The notes below the pieces were generated by a model. The model saw nothing but the letters and a program-made list of their open reading frames with translations. It ran no database searches and was not told where the DNA came from. A stretch of 64,000 bases of DNA. It comes from an uncultured Candidatus Saccharibacteria bacterium (GTDB lineage Bacteria; Patescibacteriota; Minisyncoccia; Phycocordibacterales; CSBR16-119). The position numbers and the translations under genes were made by a program. Below, in pieces: positions 55,631 to 64,000 of this stretch. Within the stretch, counting starts at the first letter, position 1. Each line of letters begins with the position of its first letter. The stretch lies in assembly GCA_964531475.1 (NCBI GenBank), contig CAZHCS010000001.1, forward strand, positions 14,712 to 78,711, written 5' to 3'.

Positions 55631-56992
55631 TTATATTTTTCTTATCTCAAAATCTTCTCCTTTGTCGAGGATTTCGTATCCAAGTTTTGTGATTTGATCA
55701 CGAAGTTCGTCGGATTTGGCCCAGTCTTTGGCGAGACGTGCGGTATTGCGGGCGCGGGCGAGCTCTAGGACGTCTGTCGGGATTTCGTCTTTGACCCACG
55801 ACTGCATTCCAAGCCCAAGGACGCGGTCCATGTCTAGCAATGTCGCTTTTTTGTCAGCATCGAGTATCTCTTTGTCATTTGCGACTTCCCAAAGAACTGC
55901 CAAAGCTTTCGGAGTATTCAAATTGTCTTCCAGAGATTCTGTGAAGTGTTTCGTAAACGCATGATTGACCGCGCCTGTGTCGGGAAGACTCATATAAATA
56001 TTTTTGAGCTTCTTCAAGGCATTTTGCGCAGCCTCGAGCGCCTCCCATGTGAAATTCGCAAGGCTTCGGTAGTTCGTCTGCAAGAGGAAATATCGGTAGT
56101 CGGCAGGGGAGAAACCTTTTTCTTCGAGGGTTCTTAGGTAAATATCATTTCCAAGAGACTTCGATATCTTTTGGTTGTCGATGTTTAGAAACGCATTGTG
56201 CATCCAGAAATTGACGAACGCTTTACCAGTCGCGTTCTCGGACTGAGCGATCTCGTTGTTGTGGTGGATTGGAATATGGTCGATTCCGCCCGTGTGAATG
56301 TCGAAATGCTCGCCTAAATATTTCATCGACATACCGGAGCACTCAATATGCCAGCCAGGGAAGCCCTTGCCCCACGGAGTCTCCCAGCCCATTTCGGAGT
56401 TGAATTTCCAAAGTGCGAAGTCGCGCGGGCTCTTCTTCTCGGTGTTCGCTTCTATGCGTGCTTCTTTTTCTTCGGACAATCCGCCAAGTGCGCCATAGTT
56501 TGTATCTTTTGATGTATCGAAATAAAGTCCGTCTGAAGTTTTGTAAACAAAACCTTTTTCTTCGAGTTTTTTTATTATCTCGATATCTTCTTCGATATGA
56601 TCCGTCGCGCGAGGAAGAACGTCTGGCAAAATAATATTGAGTTTCTTCAAATCTTCGACAAATGCCGTTTCGTATTTGAGCGCGACTTCTTTCATGGCCT
56701 CAATCGTCATTGGCAGACCTTCACGCTTTAGCGCTTTTGTCATTTTGTCATCGCCGTCGTCTCCGTCAGAAACCAAATGTCCGACGTCGGTGATATTCAT
56801 CACATGTTTTACACGTAGGCCTTCGTATTGAAGAGCTCGTTTTAAAATATCAGCAAAAACGTATGAGCGGAGGTTGCCTATATGGGCGTAGTTGTAAACC
56901 GTCGGGCCGCAGGAATACATGGAAACCTCGCCTTCTTTTATCGGCTTGAATTCTTCCTCTTTTTTCGTGAGGGTGTTGTAAACCTTTAACAT
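55631..56992 (-). CDS. cysS: cysteine--tRNA ligase
   Basis: CGPTVY..HIGN, PGWHIECS, KISKS. Confidence 0.97.
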   Translation of the reverse strand: MLKVYNTLTKKEEEFKPIKEGEVSMYSCGPTVYNYAHIGNLRSYVFADILKRALQYEGLRVKHVMNITDVGHLVSDGDDGDDKMTKALKREGLPMTIEAMKEVALKYETAFVEDLKKLNIILPDVLPRATDHIEEDIEIIKKLEEKGFVYKTSDGLYFDTSKDTNYGALGGLSEEKEARIEANTEKKSPRDFALWKFNSEMGWETPWGKGFPGWHIECSGMSMKYLGEHFDIHTGGIDHIPIHHNNEIAQSENATGKAFVNFWMHNAFLNIDNQKISKSLGNDIYLRTLEEKGFSPADYRYFLLQTNYRSLANFTWEALEAAQNALKKLKNIYMSLPDTGAVNHAFTKHFTESLEDNLNTPKALAVLWEVANDKEILDADKKATLLDMDRVLGLGMQSWVKDEIPTDVLELARARNTARLAKDWAKSDELRDQITKLGYEILDKGEDFEIRKI

Positions 56993-57004
56993 GGGGCTAT
57001 TCTA

Positions 57005-57928
57005 TCACAACAGCTTCTTGCCTTTGAAGTAGATGAACATAATGAGTCCAATAAGGCTCATAAGGATGAGGACTAGTAGAAAATCACTCATATCCTTGAT
57101 GATAAGGACTTCGTCGGGCATGTTCATGCTAAAGATACCGGTGATGAGGGTGATAGGGAGCAGGGTGAACGTCATGATGGTCAGGGTCTTGATGGTTTGG
57201 CCGGTCTTGGTGTTCAAGAGAGCGTCGTTGGTCTCGCGCAAATCGTCTAGTATCTCTTTGCCGACCTCGAGAGTGTTCTTAACCCGGTTGTATTCGGACA
57301 TGATGATACCCATGTTGTAGTCGAACATGTTGCCGAAGAGGTCTTTGGCGGCACCTTCGAACGAGGCTAGGATTTCGCCGTGGTGGCGGAGTGCTTGCTT
57401 GAAGTTTAAGAATTTCCTGTTCGTGCTCGAGATGATCTCGACGGACTCGGCCTGCTTGCCGCGGAAAATATTATCTTCGATATTTTTTAGCGAGTAGTTT
57501 ATGTCTTCAAGTTTCTCTAGGGAATCTTTGTAGAGCTCTTTCATGAGGTGGATGAAGAGGTACCCAGCGTGATCGCCGATATTGTTTTTGTCGAGGAAGC
57601 TCTCGCGGTCAAAGAGGCGAGAGAAATTATGCAACGGGTCTATTTTTTCGTAGCGGGTCGTGATGATGAAATTCTTGCCGATGACGAAGTCTATTTCTTG
57701 TTCGGAGTTGCGCTCGCGACCCTCGCCGATGACAGGGAAATGGAGCACTAGGTAGACGATTTTGAGCTTTTCATAGTAGTCGACTTTTGACCGCAGGGTG
57801 TTGGTACCGAGTTCTTCGGCCATAAGCTCCGGCAAACCGAACTGGTCGCGGATATCCGTGATTTCAGCAAAGGTTGGCGACTCTAAGTCGATCCAGGTAA
57901 CATTCCTGTATTTGTATTTTGAGACCAT
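57005..57928 (-). CDS. corA: CorA-family Mg2+ transporter
   Basis: WIDLESPT, KTLTIMT..GIFSMN, two C-terminal TMs. Confidence 0.88.
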   Translation of the reverse strand: MVSKYKYRNVTWIDLESPTFAEITDIRDQFGLPELMAEELGTNTLRSKVDYYEKLKIVYLVLHFPVIGEGRERNSEQEIDFVIGKNFIITTRYEKIDPLHNFSRLFDRESFLDKNNIGDHAGYLFIHLMKELYKDSLEKLEDINYSLKNIEDNIFRGKQAESVEIISSTNRKFLNFKQALRHHGEILASFEGAAKDLFGNMFDYNMGIIMSEYNRVKNTLEVGKEILDDLRETNDALLNTKTGQTIKTLTIMTFTLLPITLITGIFSMNMPDEVLIIKDMSDFLLVLILMSLIGLIMFIYFKGKKLL

Positions 57929-58029
57929 GACAGGCAAATTATAGCACCCGGCGGTGCCACCGGGTTCAAAAAACAGGGGAAATCCCAGGGGGTTGCAAAT
58001 TTTATCCCATGATGTAGAATATGGGCCTT

Positions 58030-58347
58030 ATGCAATTCGCAGTTATCAAAACAGGAGGAAAGCAATACAAAGTCGCCGAAGGCGATATGCTCAAGGTTGA
58101 AAAGCTTTCGGGCGATTTCGCCAAGGGCGACAAAGTCGTCTTTGAGGAGGTTTTGATGGTAGGTGACGATACGTCTGCAAATGTCGGCACGCCGACGCTC
58201 GCCGGCAAGAAGGTAGAGGCTGTTTTCGAGGCCGCTGGACGCGCCCAGAAGATCGACGTCATCAAGTACCGTGCCAAGTCTAACTACTACAAGAAGCGCG
58301 GTCACCGACAGCCTTTTTCAAAGGTCAAAATCACTAAAATAGGCTAA
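58030..58347 (+). CDS. rplU: 50S ribosomal protein L21
   Basis: AVIKTGGKQYKV, GHRQ. Confidence 0.97.
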   Translation: MQFAVIKTGGKQYKVAEGDMLKVEKLSGDFAKGDKVVFEEVLMVGDDTSANVGTPTLAGKKVEAVFEAAGRAQKIDVIKYRAKSNYYKKRGHRQPFSKVKITKIG

Positions 58348-58437
58348 AACAAAGATAGAAAAGGCCGTCCGAAAGGACGGTCTTTTCTCTTGACTTTTTA
58401 ATATAAATGTGTTAGTTTATAGGAAAACATAACGACT

Positions 58438-58845
58438 ATGAAGCACCTTCTCACCGCCATTACGGCGATCATTCTCAGCTGCACGAACGTCTTCGCCCAG
58501 AGCAACTCTGTGAACCAGGCGCCGACCTGCTATCGGTCAATGGATCCGGAATTGGTCAACCAGTACGTGCCAGGTTCTGCACCGTCGATCGACAGCCTGG
58601 AGGTTTCTCCTCTTGGCCAAGACACACTGTTGGTTTCCTTCAATGTTTCCTCGGTGTGTTACCCGGTGTACTTCCATGACGAGACCAACGCCCGCATCGA
58701 CAGCACGTTCTCTGACGGCCGGACTGATATCCGTTTGTGCTACGCGCTCAACGATGTCGGCCAGTATTCCTACTGGTTCAGCGCCAGCAACACCCGGGGC
58801 AAGACGGTTGAAAGCAGGAACCCGAATAGGGTCCCAAAGAAGTAA
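58438..58845 (+). CDS. secreted hypothetical protein (Ig-like C-terminus possible)
   Basis: Signal ..NVFA|QSN; TTGACT-17nt-TAGTTT upstream. Confidence 0.7.
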   Translation: MKHLLTAITAIILSCTNVFAQSNSVNQAPTCYRSMDPELVNQYVPGSAPSIDSLEVSPLGQDTLLVSFNVSSVCYPVYFHDETNARIDSTFSDGRTDIRLCYALNDVGQYSYWFSASNTRGKTVESRNPNRVPKK

Positions 58846-58894
58846 CAAAGGCCTAGGGCCTTGGAAGCTCTCGCTCGCGCGAGGGCTTCTTCTT

Positions 58895-59506
58895 TTATTT
58901 CCTACTCGCAAATGCGTTCTCGAACGTTTCTTTATCTGAATATTCGAGTTCGGTACCGGTGGAGAGTCCGCGGCCGAGGATGGAAATCTTGATCCCAAAA
59001 TTTTTAAGTTCTTCTTGTAGATATTCGAGTGTGTATTCGCCCTGCGGGTTGAGTGAAAGTCCCAAGATTATCTCTTTGAGTTCTCCAGCGTCAATCTTTT
59101 TCTTTATGACATTTTTTAATTCACTCACGCGTACGAATTCTGTCGGTGTTTTTGATAGGACTGGGATCGAGCCGCCGAGGACGAAATAGAGACCTTTGTA
59201 AAAATGCATGCTCTCGAGGTTTTCGAGATCGGAATCTTTCTCGACGACAAGGAGAAGCGAACGGTCGCGGTTCGGGTCACGGGCGATGGGCGAGAGATTT
59301 TGTTTTGGGTCTTCGGAATAAAAATATTGGAATGACTCTTGGCAGATGCGGATATTGTTTTTGAGCCGAGCAATCGCGTCCGAGAGCTCGCGTACATAGC
59401 CAGAATTTTTACGCAATAGAAAATAGACGAAGCGTTTTGCTTGACGGCGACCGACGCCGGGAAATTTTTCAAAGAGTTCGGCGAGTTTTGTTATAGAGTC
59501 ACTCAT
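58895..59506 (-). CDS. recR: recombination mediator
   Basis: PGVGRRQAKR, YFVLGG, GTELEY; zinc-finger Cys mostly lost. Confidence 0.93.
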   Translation of the reverse strand: MSDSITKLAELFEKFPGVGRRQAKRFVYFLLRKNSGYVRELSDAIARLKNNIRICQESFQYFYSEDPKQNLSPIARDPNRDRSLLLVVEKDSDLENLESMHFYKGLYFVLGGSIPVLSKTPTEFVRVSELKNVIKKKIDAGELKEIILGLSLNPQGEYTLEYLQEELKNFGIKISILGRGLSTGTELEYSDKETFENAFASRK

Positions 59507-59508
59507 GG

Positions 59509-60903
59509 TTAGAAGTCTTCAAGGCTGTTTTTGCTTGCAGAAGGTACGCCGGCGTAGTCGGCGCCTTTTTCGACCGATAGGAAAGTGGAATTTTTTTCGT
59601 CGAAATACAGGTCGACTTTACCGACCGGACCGTTGCGGTGTTTTTCGATCAGGATTTCAGCCATGCCGGTTGATTCGGCGTCGGTACGGGTACCGGTGCG
59701 GTCTTCACGGTGGATAAACATGACAACGTCGGCGTCTTGTTCGATGGATCCCGAGTCGCGTAGGTCGGAGAGGCGTGGTTTGCCGCCGCGGCTTTCGACT
59801 GCACGAGAAAGCTGCGATAGCGCAAGGACGGGTACGTCGAGTTCGCGGGCGAGGCCCTTTAGAGAGCGCGAAATTTCTGTCACTTGGTTAACCATACTGT
59901 CGTAATTTTTCGTCGTGTTCATGAGCTGCAAGTAGTCGACAACGATAAGTCCAAGACCGAACTCACTCTTGAGGCGTCGCGCCACAGACTTCATCTTGAT
60001 GATACTGTTGCCGGCCTGGTCGTCGATATAAATCGGCGCACTCGAGAGCTCGTTTAGAGAGTCGCGGATTTTGGAGAACTCATCTTCGCGAGTAATTTTT
60101 CCAGTGCGGAGTTTCCAGGCGTCAACTTTGGCATGAGCAGAAAGCATGCGCTGGGTCAGCTGCTGCGAGCTCATTTCCAAAGAAAAGATACCGACCGGGA
60201 TTTTGTGTTGGACGGCGGCATTTCTCGCAATATCAAGCGCAAGCGTCGTCTTACCAACCGATGGTCGCGCTGCCAAGATAATGAGGTCTGATTTCTGGAG
60301 GCCTGCCAACATATTGTCGAGACTCGGATAGCCAGTCGGGACGCCGCGCATGCCGCCCTTGTCGTTGTGGAGCTTTTCTATCTCTTCCCAGGTTTGCATT
60401 AGGCTTTGCTTGAGCGATACGAAGTTTTGACCCTTTGGGTCGCTGGTCACAGAAAAGACTTTTTTCTCGGCATCGTCCATGATAGTTTCGACATCTTCGT
60501 CGCTTTCGGAAAAACCGATGGTCGCCAAGTGTTCACCAGCCTCGATGAGCTTGCGCATCAATGCCTTTTTGTAGACGATTTTGGCGTAGTGTTTGATATT
60601 GGCCGAAGCTGGGACCGAGTTAGTTAGGTCGGCCAAGTATGCGCGACCGCCGACTTGTTCGAGTTGGCCACGATTTTTGAGACTGGTTGAAAGCGAGAGT
60701 AAGTCGATCGGTTCGTTTTTGGAAAACAGATCTATCATGGATTTCCAAATAATGCGATGCTTTTCGGCGTAGAAAGAATCTGCCTGGATAATGTCCACGA
60801 CTTCGTTCAGTGCGTACGGTGAAAGCATGATAGAGCCGAGTGTTGCTTGTTCGGCGTCTAGGTCGTGAGGCGGGATGCGATTAGAGATTTTTGGTTCGGC
60901 CAT
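59509..60903 (-). CDS. dnaB: replicative DNA helicase
   Basis: ARPSVGKT, SLEMS, DYLQL, LSQLSR, DLRDSGSIEQDAD. Confidence 0.98.
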   Translation of the reverse strand: MAEPKISNRIPPHDLDAEQATLGSIMLSPYALNEVVDIIQADSFYAEKHRIIWKSMIDLFSKNEPIDLLSLSTSLKNRGQLEQVGGRAYLADLTNSVPASANIKHYAKIVYKKALMRKLIEAGEHLATIGFSESDEDVETIMDDAEKKVFSVTSDPKGQNFVSLKQSLMQTWEEIEKLHNDKGGMRGVPTGYPSLDNMLAGLQKSDLIILAARPSVGKTTLALDIARNAAVQHKIPVGIFSLEMSSQQLTQRMLSAHAKVDAWKLRTGKITREDEFSKIRDSLNELSSAPIYIDDQAGNSIIKMKSVARRLKSEFGLGLIVVDYLQLMNTTKNYDSMVNQVTEISRSLKGLARELDVPVLALSQLSRAVESRGGKPRLSDLRDSGSIEQDADVVMFIHREDRTGTRTDAESTGMAEILIEKHRNGPVGKVDLYFDEKNSTFLSVEKGADYAGVPSASKNSLEDF

Positions 60904-61042
60904 GAGGGGATTGTAGCACGGAGCGGCGGGCCCGGGGCCCGCCGCTTCAATTGGGGAAAGAGTGGAAAATGGGGAAAAACATTTGGTATTGACAAAAGAC
61001 TTGTGGTAGGGTATACAAGAACAAAACCAGAACCCCTAAACC

Positions 61043-61501
61043 ATGGCAATCAGAAAGAAACTCCCGAAGCCTCATGGCGGAAAAGCGGCCCGTCACGAAC
61101 TTAGTCGTCTTGATCGACACGAGCAAGAGCCTATTCGGCAACTTCTCGCAGAGGTCGAAATGCCTCTTGTAGCAAAGACTGCTCCCAGGTACGAGCTTGT
61201 TACCTCTTCAGATCAAGGTGTGGACGATGACACGCGGCATGTTACCGAAGGCGAAGGCGAATCGGCGTCTGGTCTTGATTTCGAGATCTCACAGATGTTC
61301 CGGGATTACTACGGATGCCAGCAAGAAGTCATCAGTGCAGGCAATTCGCGGAGAGCCAATACTGTTCCGACCACTGGTACGGAAAGTGATTCGCCGCGTC
61401 GTGGGAAGCCAGCCAACTTGGCCAAGGCCGTCATTGGGAGCAAGGTTGGTCTGAGAAGTGGCAGGATCCATCCCAACCAGATACCGATGAGTAAAATGTG
61501 A
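61043..61501 (+). CDS. hypothetical protein, low complexity
   Basis: 152-aa ORF; TTGACA-17nt-TATACA, CAAAAC leader, terminator at 61519-61553. Confidence 0.6.
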   Translation: MAIRKKLPKPHGGKAARHELSRLDRHEQEPIRQLLAEVEMPLVAKTAPRYELVTSSDQGVDDDTRHVTEGEGESASGLDFEISQMFRDYYGCQQEVISAGNSRRANTVPTTGTESDSPRRGKPANLAKAVIGSKVGLRSGRIHPNQIPMSKM

Positions 61502-61586
61502 AGATCAGGATCTTCAGCAAGAGCCAGACGAACTACGTCTGGCTCTTTCTTTTGTACCCAGTAGAAAATCTGGTAAAATTACGCTT

Positions 61587-62570
61587 ATGGAAAAAAAGAT
61601 TCTAGTCTCAGGCATCAAGCCAACGGGCGCACTCCACATTGGTAATTATTTCGGCGCAATGAAGCAATTTGCAGACCTCTCGCAATCAAACGAGTACGAT
61701 GTTCGTATTTTTCTTGCAGATTATCATGCGCTCACGAGCGTGCACGATAAATCACTTTTGCAAAAGCTTTCTTTTGATGCTGTCTGTGCGTATCTCGCTA
61801 TCGGTCTTGATCCAAAAAAAGTATTACTCTATCGTCAGTCGACACTCCCAGAGCACACAGAGCTCACTTGGATGTTTAATAATCTAGTAACTATGCCATG
61901 GCTCGAGCGCGCACACGCATACAAAGACGCTTTGGCTAAAGGAAAAGAGATAAATGTGGGCACGTTCGACTACCCGGTTCTTATGGCGGCCGATATTCTC
62001 ATGTACGATGCCGATGTTGTGCCAGTCGGCAAAGATCAGATCCAGCACGTCGAGATGGCGCGGGAAATTGCCGACAAGTTTAACAACACTTTTGGCGAGA
62101 CATTCAAACGCCCTAAAGAGCTCGTGGTCAAAGACGTTGAGACTGTTCCTGGTATCGATGGGCAAAAGATGTCGAAAAGCTATGGTAACGTAATTCCGCT
62201 TTTTGGCACCGATGACGAGATCAAAAAAGCAATCATGGGTATTGTGACGGACTCGAAAGCGCCTGAAGAGAAAAAGATTGCCGAAGAAAATAATATCTAC
62301 AAGATTTTCAAACTCATCGCGACGCCTGAAGAACGGGAAGTGATGCGTGCGGGTTTCGAGAACGGCGGCCTCGGCTACGGCGACGCGAAAAAGATGTTGC
62401 TCGAGAAATTTATTAGTTACTTCGCACCGATGCGCAAGGCTTATCAGAAATATCAGGATAATCCGAAAAAAGTTTTTGCAATTCTCCAGAAAGGTGAAAA
62501 GAAGGCGCGGAAAATAGCTGAAAAGAAGATGGAGACGGTGCGAAAACTCGTCGGCTTGCGCCCGTCGTAA
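61587..62570 (+). CDS. trpS: tryptophan--tRNA ligase
   Basis: SGIKPTG.LHIGNY, YPVLMAADIL, PVGKDQ, KMSKS. Confidence 0.97.
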   Translation: MEKKILVSGIKPTGALHIGNYFGAMKQFADLSQSNEYDVRIFLADYHALTSVHDKSLLQKLSFDAVCAYLAIGLDPKKVLLYRQSTLPEHTELTWMFNNLVTMPWLERAHAYKDALAKGKEINVGTFDYPVLMAADILMYDADVVPVGKDQIQHVEMAREIADKFNNTFGETFKRPKELVVKDVETVPGIDGQKMSKSYGNVIPLFGTDDEIKKAIMGIVTDSKAPEEKKIAEENNIYKIFKLIATPEEREVMRAGFENGGLGYGDAKKMLLEKFISYFAPMRKAYQKYQDNPKKVFAILQKGEKKARKIAEKKMETVRKLVGLRPS

Positions 62571-62630
62571 GTCTGGTATAATGGGGACTGTCGTCCATTA
62601 CGGGCGAACACTTATAATTTTACATACGAT

Positions 62631-62834
62631 ATGAAAAATCTTGTTACATTTTTGGTCATCGCTATAGTTATTATTGCCGTTGTCGCCATCATAAAACGCC
62701 CAGGCGATGATATGAATAATGGTGCTGCGGGTACGATGCCGGAAGGAAGCGATATGACCGACAATGGTATGGTCGGAGGTGATGCTGCGGTAGAAGTAGA
62801 GCTTGGCGGCCAGGGGGATACAACGGCCCAGTAA
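62631..62834 (+). CDS. small membrane-anchored protein
   Basis: N-terminal TM plus acidic tail; hairpin terminator at 62845-62896. Confidence 0.7.
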   Translation: MKNLVTFLVIAIVIIAVVAIIKRPGDDMNNGAAGTMPEGSDMTDNGMVGGDAAVEVELGGQGDTTAQ

Positions 62835-63007
62835 AATGATAACGAAGCCGGGCTGGGGTGATGCAAAGCATCACCCCAGCCCGGCTTCTTGCTTTTCCAA
62901 GAAGTATATGGTATTATGTCGGCATCAATCCTCTCTATGATTTCCGAAGTAATGTTCGATGTTCTCAGGGACTATTGATCACTTACTATCGTTAATCAAC
63001 AAATATA

Positions 63008-64000
63008 ATGTATACCATCAGTACCGATGGCCAGAATCGTGGCCAGTCTTCGTCTCGTCGCGCACCTTCTTTTTCCAAGAACCGTGGCGGTTTCCGCTCT
63101 GGCGGCTCGGCGCGTCGCGTGGCACCAGTGCGAGGAAAACGCAAATTTGCAGCCTTTGACGTCGAGGGCATGCTTCGTACTAAAAAGTCCACTAGTTCGA
63201 CACCTGTCGCAGATGTGGCTATTCGTCACACCTTTGCTGATTTTGGTTTTGGACCAAGTCTTCAGAAAAATCTTGCAGCCAAGAACTACATTGTTCCGAC
63301 TCCAATCCAAGATCAGGCTATTCCGTTTGCGCTTCTTGGCCGCGATGTTGTTGGCCGTGCCAACACGGGTACTGGCAAGACAGCTGCATTTTTGTTGCCA
63401 CTCATCGAAAAGATAGGCAAGAGTCGAGGCGAACGCGTATTGATACTTGCTCCGACTCGAGAACTCGCCCAGCAAATCGACAAGGAATTTCGTGGTTTTG
63501 CAACGGACATGCGTTTGCGTTCAGCACTTTGTGTCGGTGGTATGCCGATCAATGCTCAGATCCGCGACTTGTCGTATGGTCCTAATTTTGTCATCGGTAC
63601 ACCGGGACGTATTGCCGACTTGGCTGAACGCGGAAAAATAGTTTTCGCAAAATTCCAAAACATCGTTCTCGATGAAGTCGACCATATGTTAGACATGGGC
63701 TTTATTGATCCGATAACAAAAATATTAAAGGCTATCGCCCCAGTTCGTCAGTCACTTTTTTTCTCGGCGACCATGCCAGAAAATATCCGCACGCTCGTTA
63801 GTAAATTTACTACGAATCCAGAACATATCGAGATAGCTTCACGCACAAGTGTTGAAAGCATTGACCAAAGCATTGTAAAGGTCCGCGACGAGGCTCATAA
63901 GTTTTCAGAACTTTCGGCAATTCTCTCCGAACCGGACCACAAAAAAGCTATCATCTTTACCGAAACAAAGCGTTCGGCTGATCGTTTGGCGCGAGACCTT
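63008..64000 (+). CDS. DEAD-box RNA helicase, partial (runs off window end)
   Basis: Manual translation: PTPIQ, TGTGKT, APTRELA, GTPGR, DEVD, FSAT. Confidence 0.95.
   Translation, partial: MYTISTDGQNRGQSSSRRAPSFSKNRGGFRSGGSARRVAPVRGKRKFAAFDVEGMLRTKKSTSSTPVADVAIRHTFADFGFGPSLQKNLAAKNYIVPTPIQDQAIPFALLGRDVVGRANTGTGKTAAFLLPLIEKIGKSRGERVLILAPTRELAQQIDKEFRGFATDMRLRSALCVGGMPINAQIRDLSYGPNFVIGTPGRIADLAERGKIVFAKFQNIVLDEVDHMLDMGFIDPITKILKAIAPVRQSLFFSATMPENIRTLVSKFTTNPEHIEIASRTSVESIDQSIVKVRDEAHKFSELSAILSEPDHKKAIIFTETKRSADRLARDL

Noticed and set aside
1-64000. Alternative genetic code (TGA read-through)
   Set aside because: Core genes are full length under code 11 and several end in TGA (miaA, mreB, mnmA, asd).

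Overview
This window looks like part of a Patescibacteria (CPR, Parcubacteria-like) chromosome using the standard genetic code. The taxonomy is inferred from short ValS/AlaS/L13, CPR-type conserved hypotheticals, PaaX-like wHTH-Cas2-fold genes and apparently leaderless core genes. The backbone is housekeeping: miaA, parB, rel/spoT, lepA, valS, tsaD, trxB, ftsZ/ftsA, priA, mreB, frr, rseP, mltG, mnmA, alaS, the infA-rpsI ribosomal block, grpE-dnaK-dnaJ, cysS, corA, recR, dnaB, trpS, a DEAD-box helicase and five tRNAs. Four layers sit on top of it. (1) About 19 single-gene cassettes (sigma70 promoter, CAAAAC-type leader without Shine-Dalgarno, orphan or foreign gene, terminator) lie between core genes and even split ftsA-ftsZ and dnaK-dnaJ; several carry Bacteroidota-style cargo, including two T9SS C-terminal-domain proteins. 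(2) Three promoter-to-terminator units lack a credible ORF and look like structured ncRNAs. (3) Several short palindromic element families occur, some inserted in frame into essential genes and one sitting directly against start codons. (4) A GIY-YIG mini-element duplicates the 5' end of tRNA-Phe. No CRISPR array, rRNA or transposase is visible. All calls are by eye; no database search was run.
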